A DNA stretch of 64,000 nucleotides from an uncultured Nitrosopumilaceae archaeon (GCA_964636595.1 CAZWSG010000009.1:65-64064); one strand, 5' to 3'; shown: positions 19,804 to 29,963, counted from the stretch's first letter. Notes: generated by a model from the letters alone, not told the origin. A program made the numbers and translations.

Positions 19804-20963
19804 AAAATAAAACTATCTTGTTTATTCCAAGTAATGAAAACCATGTAAGGATGTTTTACTCTATACTGGAACATCTACAGGGATATAATGTACTTTTTTT
19901 ATCGCAAGGAAAATACAAGAACGAAGGAGCAGAGAAAACACTTGCTGAACTAGGAATTAAATTTACAAAATTTGATCAATATGAAAAAAATAATCCAGAA
20001 TTTGTTATAAAAAAAGAAAACATTGGAGTGGTTGTAATTGGAAATGACAGTGATGTGATTCCGCAGTGGTTTATCAATTATTCCAACAAGGCTAGAATTC
20101 CCACGATCCTAATACAAGATGGTGTGATGGTTTCTATAAAAACAAATGATCCATCGTTTTTGGAACATCTGCGTTTTAGATTACAAAATTTTCATCCAAA
20201 TCTTTTAGCTCTGTCTGCACGTTTGACTGCCTCCAAACAATACAAAAAACTAACTTTGGGTATGGGTGGGTGTACACAAATTCATGTTTGGGGAAAAACT
20301 TCTCAATCATACTTTATTGATAAGGGAATTGATGCAAATTCAATTGTCATAACCGGGAATCCTAAGCTTGATGGTATGAAAAATGTGAAACAATCAAAAA
20401 ATCTTGGAGAAAAAATTATCCTTTATGCACCAACAGATCTTGTTCGATGTAACATCATTGAACCTGAAACCATGGATAAATTAACAACTGATCTCTGCTC
20501 TACTGTTTCCTCCCTTGAAAATGTAAAATTAATAATAAAACACCACCCACGAGAGGATTCCAAGTTTTACATTGCGTTGCCTGGTAGGTTTGGATCAAAA
20601 ATTGAAATTTCTGACAAGGAAATCTGTTCCCTCATGGGTTTATCTGATGTTGTGATTACAGATCTCTCAAGTGTGGCAATAGAGGCGCTGGCTGCAAAAA
20701 AACCTGTTATAATTTACCTGCCAAACATTGAAAAATTTACAGACTCGAATTATTTTCCCAATGATCTTATACGAAAAAATGTTTTTTTGTATGCATGTGA
20801 TAAAAAATCCCTTTTTGAACAAATAGACAAGATTCTTCATAGTGACACTTCTACGCTTGAGATGCACATGGAAAATGCTGCGAAAGACTATCTAGGTTTG
20901 GCAGATGACAAGGCCTCTCTCAGGTCGGCTAATAATATTATAAAATTACTAAATGAGAGTTAG
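19800..20963 (+). CDS. TagB/TagF-like (CDP-glycerol glycerophosphotransferase-type) or capsule polymerase-like protein
   Basis: C-terminal VVITDLSSVAIEALAAKKPVIIY resembles the ITDYSS...KP motif of the TagF family. TTG start overlaps the previous stop. Confidence 0.35.
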   Translation: MKNKTILFIPSNENHVRMFYSILEHLQGYNVLFLSQGKYKNEGAEKTLAELGIKFTKFDQYEKNNPEFVIKKENIGVVVIGNDSDVIPQWFINYSNKARIPTILIQDGVMVSIKTNDPSFLEHLRFRLQNFHPNLLALSARLTASKQYKKLTLGMGGCTQIHVWGKTSQSYFIDKGIDANSIVITGNPKLDGMKNVKQSKNLGEKIILYAPTDLVRCNIIEPETMDKLTTDLCSTVSSLENVKLIIKHHPREDSKFYIALPGRFGSKIEISDKEICSLMGLSDVVITDLSSVAIEALAAKKPVIIYLPNIEKFTDSNYFPNDLIRKNVFLYACDKKSLFEQIDKILHSDTSTLEMHMENAAKDYLGLADDKASLRSANNIIKLLNES

Positions 20964-20969
20964 ATTTCC

Positions 20970-22094
20970 TTACTTTAACTCTGAGGGTAATGAATCAATC
21001 ACTGTACTTGCTTCATCTAGAGTCATAGAATTGTAAATTGGAAGTAAAAATGATCTCTCAAATACCTGTTCTGCATTTTTACAGGATATGTTGTGCATCT
21101 CTGGATTACATGGCTGCATATGAATAGGTCTCCATGGAACTCTTGCATCAATTTTCTTTTTTATGAAATGTTTCACATACTTGTTCCTTTCACTTTCATT
21201 TTCGGTTATGGCAAAAAATAATGTTTGTGTATGTCTTGTGCTATATTCTGGAATTTCTTGGAATTTTACATTTTTAATTTTCTTTCTATATTGATTTGCA
21301 ATTATTTTTCTTTGAGAAATATATTGTTCTATTTTTTTTAATTGTTGAATTCCTATAGCGGATTGTAAATCAGTCGTTCTAAAGTTTGTTCCTATGATGT
21401 CATGCACATATCTCTCATTTTTGTTGCGGCCATAATCTTTGATCTGCTTTATTCTTTTGATTATTTTCTTATCTTTTGTTGATACGCATCCACCTTCTAT
21501 TGTAGTAAGTAGCTTTATGGTTTGAAAGCTAAAGATAGTAGTATGATCAAACGATCCTACTTTCTTATTTTTGTAAGTGGAACCAAACGCCTGTGCCGCA
21601 TCCTCTATTAAAACAAATTTGTATCTCTTTGATAATTCTCTAAACGCTTCAATATCAACTGTTAAACCACCAACATCAACTACAATTACCATCTTTATGT
21701 TATTCTTCTTGACTAATTCCTCTACACTTTCAAGGCTGATATTGAGAGTAGTTTTATCCACATCTGCTACATGCACTTTGGCTCCTAGTATCTTGGGGAT
21801 GGACGAAGTAGCTACAAATGTAAAGGCTGGAACTACAACTCTATCACCAGGTTTTAGTCCATGAGCTAATAATGCAGCCATGAGGGCTGAAGAGCCATTG
21901 TTGACAACTACTGTATCTGAAGATAAGTAATCTGAAAGAAGTGATTCAAATTTTTCTGTAGTCTCTCCTTGACTTGGCCAGTCGCTTTTTAGTACATCTA
22001 AAATTGCCTTTTTTTCTTCCTTGTCTATGTCAGGTTGGCTGAAAGGGATACTGAATTGGTTTTTCATACCTTTTTTCCTATGATATAATGGCAT
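20970..22094 (-). CDS. DegT/DnrJ/EryC1/StrS-family sugar aminotransferase
   Basis: NGSSALMAALLA, IEDAAQAFGS, SFQTIKLLTTIEGG (PLP lysine). Confidence 0.8.
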   Translation of the reverse strand: MPLYHRKKGMKNQFSIPFSQPDIDKEEKKAILDVLKSDWPSQGETTEKFESLLSDYLSSDTVVVNNGSSALMAALLAHGLKPGDRVVVPAFTFVATSSIPKILGAKVHVADVDKTTLNISLESVEELVKKNNIKMVIVVDVGGLTVDIEAFRELSKRYKFVLIEDAAQAFGSTYKNKKVGSFDHTTIFSFQTIKLLTTIEGGCVSTKDKKIIKRIKQIKDYGRNKNERYVHDIIGTNFRTTDLQSAIGIQQLKKIEQYISQRKIIANQYRKKIKNVKFQEIPEYSTRHTQTLFFAITENESERNKYVKHFIKKKIDARVPWRPIHMQPCNPEMHNISCKNAEQVFERSFLLPIYNSMTLDEASTVIDSLPSELK

Positions 22095-22179
22095 CTTTTA
22101 ACATATTTAAGATAATTTTAGAATGTTAATACCGCATATCTTCATAACTTTTTAATCAACTCTAGGTTAGATTTCAATA

Positions 22180-22965
22180 ATGAGGCATAATGATGATTAT
22201 GAAAAACTGGTGGATATGCATTATGTTAAACAAGCAAAACAACACAAACTATCCTTGTCTAGCACCATGCCCGATCTGAACATAAGACGGCTTGAATTAC
22301 AAAACATTGTAAAATACTTGGAGAATGGGAGAAGTTGTCTTGAGGTTGGATGCGGCAATGGTGCCGCATCAATTGAAATTTCTAAATTCATGAAAATTAA
22401 TCTGTTTAGTATTGACTCTAACCGTGAAATGATTCGACTAGCAAACAAACAACGCAAATCAGGTATAAAAGGGAAAATTGAATTCAAACAAAAAAACATC
22501 CTGAAATTCAACCAAAAAGAGTCATTTGATATTGTTTTTACAATACGCTGCATCATTAATTTACTCAAATGGGGCGATCAAAAATTAGCATTGCAAAATA
22601 TGGCAAATGCATTAAAACATAAAGGAAATCTAATTTTGCTTGAAGCATTTTCAGATGGGCTTGAGGAAGTAAATCAAGCTCGCAAAGAATTTGGACTGGA
22701 TCCTATACCACCGGCTTATCACAATCTACACTTGAAAAAAGATGATGTTATAAAATTCCTCTCCAAAAATGATCTAAAAATTGTAAAGGAAGATAATTTT
22801 CTAAGCAGTTATTATTTTTGGACACGTGTAATTTATCCTGTATTGGCAAAGGCAAATAATGTGGAGTCTACTTACAATTCAAAATTTGATGACTTTTTTA
22901 GCCATTTTCCGCCATATGGAAATTTTTCACATATCAAAATCCTAGTATTTCAGAAAAATTATTAA
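22180..22965 (+). CDS. class I SAM-dependent methyltransferase
   Basis: Motif I: CLEVGCGNGAASIEI. Confidence 0.65.
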   Translation: MRHNDDYEKLVDMHYVKQAKQHKLSLSSTMPDLNIRRLELQNIVKYLENGRSCLEVGCGNGAASIEISKFMKINLFSIDSNREMIRLANKQRKSGIKGKIEFKQKNILKFNQKESFDIVFTIRCIINLLKWGDQKLALQNMANALKHKGNLILLEAFSDGLEEVNQARKEFGLDPIPPAYHNLHLKKDDVIKFLSKNDLKIVKEDNFLSSYYFWTRVIYPVLAKANNVESTYNSKFDDFFSHFPPYGNFSHIKILVFQKNY

Positions 22966-22987
22966 TATTCAAAAATAATTTTTTTAA

Positions 22988-24058
22988 TTACTTTTTTAAC
23001 TGTATTTTCTTCTTGGACGAATCAATATTTTCCTGACTACGTCTAGTAATTATCTTGGATTCATCTGGGTACAAGGGAGCATCCCACGGAAAAGATTTTC
23101 CATCTAGAAACATTCTCCACCGTTTTATGTCGTCATTTACCATGATTTTTACTAGATTTTCAAAATTTGTCTTTGGATACCAACCCAATTTCTTTTTTGC
23201 TTTATTATAATCTCCACAAAGATAATCCACGTCAATTGGCCTGAAAAATCTCTTGTCTGTCTTTACATATTTTTTCCAATCCAAACCTACTATTTCAAAT
23301 GCAAGTTTTACAAAATCTTTAACGCTATGTGATTCCCCCGTAGCTATGACGAAATCATCAGGCTTGTCTTGCTGTAGCATAAGATGAACTGCCTCCATAT
23401 ATTCAGGAGCATAACCCCAATCTCTTTTTGTATTCAGATTTCCTAAAACTAGCTGATTTTTTAAACCAAGAAGTATTTCAGCTACTCCATTAGTTATTTT
23501 TCTAGACACAAACTCCATGCCCCTTAATGGTGATTCATGATTGAACAATATCCCATTAGTAGCAAAAATTCCATATCCCTCTCTGTATATTTTGGTTATC
23601 CAATGAGCATATAATTTTGAAATTGCATAGGGGCTTGCTGGACTAAATGGCGTATTCTCATTTTGAGTCTTTTGATGGCTATTGCCAAACATCTCACTGC
23701 TTGAAGCTTGGTAAAATTTTATTTTTGAATTTAGAAATCTAACTGATTCTAGTAGTTTGGTCACTGCCGTTCCAGTAATTTCCGTATTGCTTACTGGTTG
23801 TTCAAACGCTGTACTTACATAGCTTGCAGCAGCCAAGTTGTAAACTTCATCAGGATCTGACACTTTAATTGCTTCAATCAGAGAACCCATGTCGAGTAGA
23901 TCTGCTGGTATGAGATTTAATTTTGAGTATATGTCAAGTGCTTGTAATCTCCAAAAATTTGGTGTTGATGTGCGTCTGAATGTTCCATATACTTTGTAAC
24001 CTTTTGACAGTAGTAACTTTGCAAGATATGCTCCATCCTGACCTGTAATTCCTGTCAC
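22988..24058 (-). CDS. gmd: GDP-mannose 4,6-dehydratase; the annotated GTG start truncates the conserved N-terminus
   Basis: ITGQDGAYLAKLLLSKGYKVYG, ASSSEMFG, YAISKLYAHW, NHESPLRG. See the finding on the A-run just upstream. Confidence 0.85.
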   Translation of the reverse strand: MTGITGQDGAYLAKLLLSKGYKVYGTFRRTSTPNFWRLQALDIYSKLNLIPADLLDMGSLIEAIKVSDPDEVYNLAAASYVSTAFEQPVSNTEITGTAVTKLLESVRFLNSKIKFYQASSSEMFGNSHQKTQNENTPFSPASPYAISKLYAHWITKIYREGYGIFATNGILFNHESPLRGMEFVSRKITNGVAEILLGLKNQLVLGNLNTKRDWGYAPEYMEAVHLMLQQDKPDDFVIATGESHSVKDFVKLAFEIVGLDWKKYVKTDKRFFRPIDVDYLCGDYNKAKKKLGWYPKTNFENLVKIMVNDDIKRWRMFLDGKSFPWDAPLYPDESKIITRRSQENIDSSKKKIQLKK

Positions 24059-24186
24059 TAATGCTTTCTTAATTTTTCCATCACTTAGATACTAAAAGTA
24101 AACATGTATTAATTTAATTTACCTGTATATTGCAAAAAATTACAATCTTAGGAAATCTTTTGCTAATTCATTAGACCAAATTATGC

Positions 24187-25476
24187 CTATAGCTTTTCGA
24201 TAATCTGAAAATTTGGTAGCGGTACTATGAACTTGCCCCCCTCTTCAAGGTATTTGCTCTCTCTTACTGTAAATTCTCCTATAAAATACCACGGTAAAAT
24301 GAGTAAGTAATCTGGTTTTTCTGTTCTTGCATGTTCTTCTGATATTATTGGTATTTCAGTTCCTACTGTTTTTTTACCCCATTTACTTGGGTTTCTATCT
24401 ACAGATGCTCTAATTAATTTATGATCCAAGCCGTAAAACTGCAATAATGTGTTTCCTCTAGTGGATGCTCCATAGGCATAAACAGTTTTACCTTTTTCTA
24501 CTTCGGATTTTATGAACCTAAATGTTATTTCTTTAAGACTAGTTATTCTTTTGAAAAATTTATGATAAGTTTTATCCTCATCAAGTCCCATTTTTCTTTC
24601 ATAATTTCTTAGTTCAGGTACTCTCTTGGTTATAGTATATTTTCCACAATTTTTGTGTTTGACGTATACACGGAAACTTCCTCCATTTACTTCATTAAGT
24701 AGTACATCAAAAATCTCCAAGTTGTGTTTATTAAGTAAATATTCTAGAGAATTAAGTGAATAATATTCTAAATGTTCATGTACAATATTGTCAAAAGCAT
24801 TATTTTCTATCATTGTGCCAAGATAATTCATTTGAATTATCCACATACCGTTTTCATCTAATGTGTCTACAATATCTTTTACAAACTTGTTAGGATCTTC
24901 AAGATCATAAAACATAGCAATTGTAGTTATTACTTTAGCTTTTTTTATTCCTAATCTTTCTTTGAATTTCTCATAGCTAAAAAAATCATTGATTATCTCA
25001 TTGGTGTCAACTTTTGCTTCATCTATCAAGTTAGATGCTGGTTCAAAGCCAATTAACTGCAAACCTGATGTGTTATAACTACGAAGTAGTGTTCCATCAT
25101 TAGAACCAATATCTACTATGATATCTCCAATTTGCAGTTTTATTAAATTCTCAATACTAGTTGTTATCTCCGCCAGTGCATTTCTCATGATCTGATTAAT
25201 ACCGCTTTTATACCAAAATTTTCTATAAAGCAATTCTGGAGAAACAGTATGCTTCATTTGCAGTAGGCCACAACCACCATTTTTCTTTTTACATAAAACA
25301 AGATCTAAGGGCACTGCAAAAATACTACTTTTATTTTCAATAAAATTAGTTATGTATTGTACCCCGAGAGAAAAAATAGGCTCTAATGCACCATTACATA
25401 TCCTGCAACTATCTACCATGGTGAAATTCTTTGGTCTCATACTTTCTTTCATTTCAATGAATATTCCAATTGTCAC
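24187..25476 (-). CDS. NDP-hexose C-methyltransferase (TylCIII-like; zinc-ribbon, SAM MTase and C-MTase domains)
   Basis: N-terminal CRICNG ... cysteine cluster, then motif I VDIGSNDGTLL. The 429-aa architecture is typical of sugar C3-methyltransferases. Confidence 0.6.
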   Translation of the reverse strand: MTIGIFIEMKESMRPKNFTMVDSCRICNGALEPIFSLGVQYITNFIENKSSIFAVPLDLVLCKKKNGGCGLLQMKHTVSPELLYRKFWYKSGINQIMRNALAEITTSIENLIKLQIGDIIVDIGSNDGTLLRSYNTSGLQLIGFEPASNLIDEAKVDTNEIINDFFSYEKFKERLGIKKAKVITTIAMFYDLEDPNKFVKDIVDTLDENGMWIIQMNYLGTMIENNAFDNIVHEHLEYYSLNSLEYLLNKHNLEIFDVLLNEVNGGSFRVYVKHKNCGKYTITKRVPELRNYERKMGLDEDKTYHKFFKRITSLKEITFRFIKSEVEKGKTVYAYGASTRGNTLLQFYGLDHKLIRASVDRNPSKWGKKTVGTEIPIISEEHARTEKPDYLLILPWYFIGEFTVRESKYLEEGGKFIVPLPNFQIIEKL

Positions 25477-25615
25477 TCATAACAACATTGTTTAGAATAG
25501 ATTAGTCTTATATAAAAAAGAAAATATTTGTGTATGTAATTACTGGAAGCGGATATCTAATACTAGACTTTCTAATCTCTAACCTCTATATAGATAATAT
25601 TTCGAAATTATATAG

Positions 25616-26647
25616 TTGGATATGGATCTTGGATGTATTTCAAAAGGCTATTTTCGAATAAGAGATGCTGTGAATAATAAAAATTCTAGTCTTCATGAAC
25701 GCCCAATCTTGATTGTGGGATTGATGAGATCTGGTACTACCTTATTAGATAGAGTAATAGATGCACATCCAACAATAAAGATTTTTTACGTGAGAACTCA
25801 ATTTTTAAGAAAATTGAATGGCAAATTTGATCCATTGGATGAAGATAATTTAAATAAGTTACTTTCTGAAGTAGCAAATTTTCTACATGAATGGGGTAGG
25901 AAAACTACAGAATCTGAAATTACAGAAGTCAAAAAATATGTAAAAAATCACAAATTAAATTACAAGACTGTATATCTTGGGCTCGCCAAAATTCTTCTAC
26001 AACTTTCTAATGATGAACGTTGGGGTGAAAAATATGATGGTCATGGTGGAGAAATAAAATATTTCATGAAAATGTTCCCAAAAGGACAAGTCATATTGAT
26101 TACAAGAGATCTACGCGATTCGTATGCCTCCAATAAAAAAAGAACAAGGGAAGTATTAGGAGATGATTCATTTTCACGTGGGGATCATTTGATGTTACTT
26201 GACGATTGGAAAAAAATGACTATGTATTGGAATGAATTTACAACTAATTATGGTAACGAAAGTCATCTACACATAACCTATGAAGAATTAATTGAAAATC
26301 CTGAAACAACTACTAGAAAAATCTGTAAATTTCTTAAGATAGATTGGAACGAAGACATGATAAATCCAAAAAAATTTATTGATTGGGATGGAAACCAATG
26401 GAAATCTAATACTAGCTTTGGCACTAAAGTAACTCCTGAGATCTATAAGAATAACATAAACAAACATAGGGATGAGTTATCTGAGGAAGAAATGGTACTA
26501 GTGGAATCTTTTATGCGTAAATATACTATACATGATGATCCGCATAATTACAAATATGTAACTGAAGGATCATTTGAAAATACAACACACCTAGAAGAAA
26601 AATTGAAAAATGTGGTTGATCTATGGAAAGAAGCCCGTGATTTCTAA
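25616..26647 (+). CDS. PAPS-dependent sulfotransferase
   Basis: 5'-PSB loop ILIVGLMRSGTTLL and 3'-PB-like LITRDLRDSYAS. Confidence 0.7.
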   Translation: MDMDLGCISKGYFRIRDAVNNKNSSLHERPILIVGLMRSGTTLLDRVIDAHPTIKIFYVRTQFLRKLNGKFDPLDEDNLNKLLSEVANFLHEWGRKTTESEITEVKKYVKNHKLNYKTVYLGLAKILLQLSNDERWGEKYDGHGGEIKYFMKMFPKGQVILITRDLRDSYASNKKRTREVLGDDSFSRGDHLMLLDDWKKMTMYWNEFTTNYGNESHLHITYEELIENPETTTRKICKFLKIDWNEDMINPKKFIDWDGNQWKSNTSFGTKVTPEIYKNNINKHRDELSEEEMVLVESFMRKYTIHDDPHNYKYVTEGSFENTTHLEEKLKNVVDLWKEARDF

Positions 26648-26692
26648 CATCTGTTGAAAATTACATTGTTTTATAATTTGATATGATATTGA

Positions 26693-27223
26693 TTATTTGC
26701 TCATCTTTAATTTTTCTATGAAATTCAAGATTGATTTTACAGATTCTTCGAGAATCTCTGTTTCTGTATTTAATATTAAATCTGGATTTGTGGGTTCTTC
26801 ATATGGATCTTGAATTCCCGTCATTTCTTTTATCTCGCCCTTTAATGCTTGTTTGTAATGTCCTTTTGGATCTCGTTTCATACAAGTTTCGATTGAACAT
26901 TTGACGTAGATCTCTTTGAAACATTCTCCAAGCATTCTTCTAGCTTCTTCTCTTATTTCTCTATAAGGTGATACTAATGCAACCAGAACTATTATATCAT
27001 TTCTTGATAAGATTGAACTTATTCTAATTACTCGTGTAATGTGTCGTACTCTTCCTTCTCTACTAAATCCAGCTTCTGGACTTAACCACTCACGAAGATC
27101 ATCCCCATCTAATATTTCCACTTTGTTGTTTTTTCTTAGAATTTGATATATCTGATTGACCAAAGTAGTTTTTCCCGAACCTGGTCTTCCTGTAAACCAA
27201 AGAATCAATCCTTTCTCATTCAT
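26693..27223 (-). CDS. cysC: adenylylsulfate (APS) kinase, copy 1
   Basis: LILWFTGRPGSGKTTL, LDGDDLREWLSPEAGFSREGRVRHITRV, VALVSPY, KRDPKGHYKQALKGEIKEMTGIQDPYEEP. Confidence 0.9.
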   Translation of the reverse strand: MNEKGLILWFTGRPGSGKTTLVNQIYQILRKNNKVEILDGDDLREWLSPEAGFSREGRVRHITRVIRISSILSRNDIIVLVALVSPYREIREEARRMLGECFKEIYVKCSIETCMKRDPKGHYKQALKGEIKEMTGIQDPYEEPTNPDLILNTETEILEESVKSILNFIEKLKMSK

Positions 27224-27267
27224 GTTGAAACATTGATTCCAATCCTAATAATTTGTATTTGTTAATT

Positions 27268-28650
27268 TTACTTCCTACCAAGAGCCTTATCCCTGATTTT
27301 GTCATATTTTCGTAATGTTCTCCACGTGAAACTATTTTGAATGGACTCTATGATATTCTGATATTCTGCATTAGTCTTCTTCAAATCAGTCATTTCCTTG
27401 ACAAGCCCTTTCATCTTTTCACTATCTGATTGAATGATATTCTGATATTCTGCATTAGTCTTCTTCAAATCAGTCATTTCCTTGACAAGCCCTTTCATCT
27501 TTTCACTATCTGATTGAATGATATTCTGATATTCTGCATTAGTCTTCTTCAAATCAGTCATTTCCTTGACAAGATTATTCTTCAAATCAGTCATTTCCTT
27601 GACAAGCCCTTTCATCTTTTCACTATCTGATTGAATGATATTCTGATATTCTGCATTAGTCTTCTTCAAATCATCAATTTCTTTTAGCAATTTTTCTTTA
27701 TCTACTAACAAACTTTCGATGGAAGGAACTGGTCTTGAAATATCCATCATGGGTGATATCTTATATCTAGCCCACTTAGGCCCATTCTTTGCAACCCATT
27801 CCATATCGTGAATTATTGTAAGTACTTCATCCCCCATATTCATGGCAGTAACTATTGGATGATCGGGATCAAGATATTTTACTACCGCCTTTGCATGTTT
27901 TATTTTCCAATCGTTCAATTTTTTTTGATTAGTGATCACATATTGCGGTTCTGTAAACACAATCTTCTCATAATTTTTAGTATCATCTGATGAGTATCGC
28001 ATTACTTCAGTTTCATTATGTAAATGTGAGGCAGTATCTATTTTCTTATATTTGAAACCAGAATTTTCAACTACTTGTCGTAGTAAAATATCTGTGAATC
28101 TCCACATGTAATCGTCCTCACAATGAAAGTTTTTTACTGCTGATTTTCGCATAATGTGACAAAAATCAAGAGCTCTACAATCTTCTTGTAATTTTCGTTT
28201 ATCCTCACGATAAAAATGATAACCTCTAAGCCTTCTACTATTCTCTAATACATCGTAACTGTCTCTATACTTAGACATTTCATCATACCATCCCGAAAAT
28301 AATTCTATGTCTGCATCAACAATTACAAACCATTCTGTTTCTACTAATGAGAGTAAGAATTCTAGGGCTTTGCCAGTGGTGTTGAAATCTGGTCTTACAT
28401 GAATCTCGATTCTAGGAAATTTTTTCAATATTTCTAAAGTTTGATCTTTTGATCCACCCTCACAAACAAATAATTTTCGTACTGGAATTTCCCTGTAAAT
28501 TGTGTATAATGATTTTTCAAGAAAGTCTTCTGCATCCAAAGTTAACATTATCACATCATCTGTTTCAAGATTGGGTTCGTTAACATGTCTATCGACAAAA
28601 CATCCTAGCGGTTTATCGATGTACTTCAATCTGAAATTAGCTAAATGCAA
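27268..28650 (-). CDS. GT2-like glycosyltransferase with a C-terminal 28-aa tandem-repeat coiled coil
   Basis: N-terminal half: VIMLTLDAEDFLEKSL ... CEGGSKDQT ... VIVDADIE (GT-A DxD). C-terminal repeats: LKKTNAEYQNIIQSDSEKMKGLVKEMTD. Confidence 0.6.
   Translation of the reverse strand: MHLANFRLKYIDKPLGCFVDRHVNEPNLETDDVIMLTLDAEDFLEKSLYTIYREIPVRKLFVCEGGSKDQTLEILKKFPRIEIHVRPDFNTTGKALEFLLSLVETEWFVIVDADIELFSGWYDEMSKYRDSYDVLENSRRLRGYHFYREDKRKLQEDCRALDFCHIMRKSAVKNFHCEDDYMWRFTDILLRQVVENSGFKYKKIDTASHLHNETEVMRYSSDDTKNYEKIVFTEPQYVITNQKKLNDWKIKHAKAVVKYLDPDHPIVTAMNMGDEVLTIIHDMEWVAKNGPKWARYKISPMMDISRPVPSIESLLVDKEKLLKEIDDLKKTNAEYQNIIQSDSEKMKGLVKEMTDLKNNLVKEMTDLKKTNAEYQNIIQSDSEKMKGLVKEMTDLKKTNAEYQNIIQSDSEKMKGLVKEMTDLKKTNAEYQNIIESIQNSFTWRTLRKYDKIRDKALGRK
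27352..27685. repeat. 84-bp near-perfect tandem repeat (about 3.5 units plus one 33-bp partial unit), in-frame in the GT2 gene
   Basis: Unit starts at 27352, 27436 and 27520 (spacing 84) and at 27637 (84+33). The units are essentially identical by eye. Confidence 0.9.
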
Positions 28651-28719
28651 TTCTCTATTAAAGTTCTTAGCTATGTATCTATTTCATCCTGTATTTGATT
28701 GAAGTTATTGGACTATTAT

Positions 28720-29928
28720 TTAAAACTCTGATATGTTGTTATCTTTAAGGAGATATTTTTGTAATCCTACATTTCCGTATGTATCTGATGATGCTATTGC
28801 TATGATGCATTCATTTGGTAACCTATTCAGATCTAATTCCCATATGCAATATCCTATGTTGTCTACAGAATGATGGTCATATTCATTAGTTGTACTATCC
28901 TTACTTGCAATATATGGCATATTACCAAACAATGGTTTTGAGGATTTTATTCGTAGTACGTATTTATCACGTACTTCGTCTTTGAGGATCCTCACATCAA
29001 ATGTAAGCTGATCTCTATTCATATATCCGCAAACTTCCTGAGCGGCATACTGCGCATTTCCGTAAAACCATTTAATATCAGGATATTTCTTGGCCATGTC
29101 TACTATAGGCTGTATGAAATTTGTTATTATTACTTCTGCCTTATCTCTGAAATCATGCTCAAAGGCTGCAATTATGGTATCATTTCCATTCATACATCGG
29201 ATAAACGCTTTTTCAATTTCTTTTTCACTTAATTGGTAGAGCCGTGTCTTTATGTCTAAAACTCTAAAAACAAATCTCTTCATTGTTCCTTTTAGCCTAT
29301 AGTCTTCATGAGCAGGATTGTAATGCTGCCAATCAGTTGGAGCTCCTCGCCAATCAAGAACATCCGAAACTTTCTTTCCTTCTTCCTGCTTAGCATCAAG
29401 ATCTAATTCATCGACATTTCTATTAGAAAAGTCAAAAGGAAACCAATTTTCAATCCAGTTTGATGCATCGTTTTTTTCAGGCACCGCTTCTATTATGGGC
29501 GGGAAATAATTTCTCTCTATAATATACCTGTTTAAAATCTCAAAATAATGACTGTTGTTTAGCCAATCCAATCCCCACTCATTAGCTATGCCAGAAGCCG
29601 GTGGGTGATTATACATCCAATATGCTCCATCTCCAAATTTTTGCATTTCTCTGCCAAATTTTTGCATGTAATGATCATAAACCGTATGCCAACCCATATC
29701 TCGCTTAACAGGATTAGTTTTGAATCCAGACCAGCTTATGAAAAACCAATTTAGGACAAGATGATTTCCTTCAGAATCTAGAAATCTATTACGATATGAA
29801 TCATCAAAAATTTTGGAAATACACTTGTCAATCTGATCCCAATTATTTAGAAGATCATCATGACGCGAGTCTGTCACTGGACCCATCGTGTTTATCATCG
29901 GAATTACGAATAATCTTCCTCGTTTCAA
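28720..29928 (-). CDS. hypothetical protein (Trp/aromatic-rich, no family recognised)
   Basis: 402-aa ORF inside the minus-strand operon. It contains a small 21-bp duplication giving MQKFGREMQKFGDG. Confidence 0.55.
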   Translation of the reverse strand: MKRGRLFVIPMINTMGPVTDSRHDDLLNNWDQIDKCISKIFDDSYRNRFLDSEGNHLVLNWFFISWSGFKTNPVKRDMGWHTVYDHYMQKFGREMQKFGDGAYWMYNHPPASGIANEWGLDWLNNSHYFEILNRYIIERNYFPPIIEAVPEKNDASNWIENWFPFDFSNRNVDELDLDAKQEEGKKVSDVLDWRGAPTDWQHYNPAHEDYRLKGTMKRFVFRVLDIKTRLYQLSEKEIEKAFIRCMNGNDTIIAAFEHDFRDKAEVIITNFIQPIVDMAKKYPDIKWFYGNAQYAAQEVCGYMNRDQLTFDVRILKDEVRDKYVLRIKSSKPLFGNMPYIASKDSTTNEYDHHSVDNIGYCIWELDLNRLPNECIIAIASSDTYGNVGLQKYLLKDNNISEF

Positions 29929-29963
29929 TTTTTCTTAATGCCTCTAATCATGCAATAGGCCAT

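Noticed and set aside
27352-27685. Possible CRISPR array (regular direct repeats); the same was considered for 54715-55590
   Set aside because: The units are contiguous with no unique spacers, and the periods (84 and 126 bp) are multiples of three and in frame with long ORFs, so these are coding tandem repeats.
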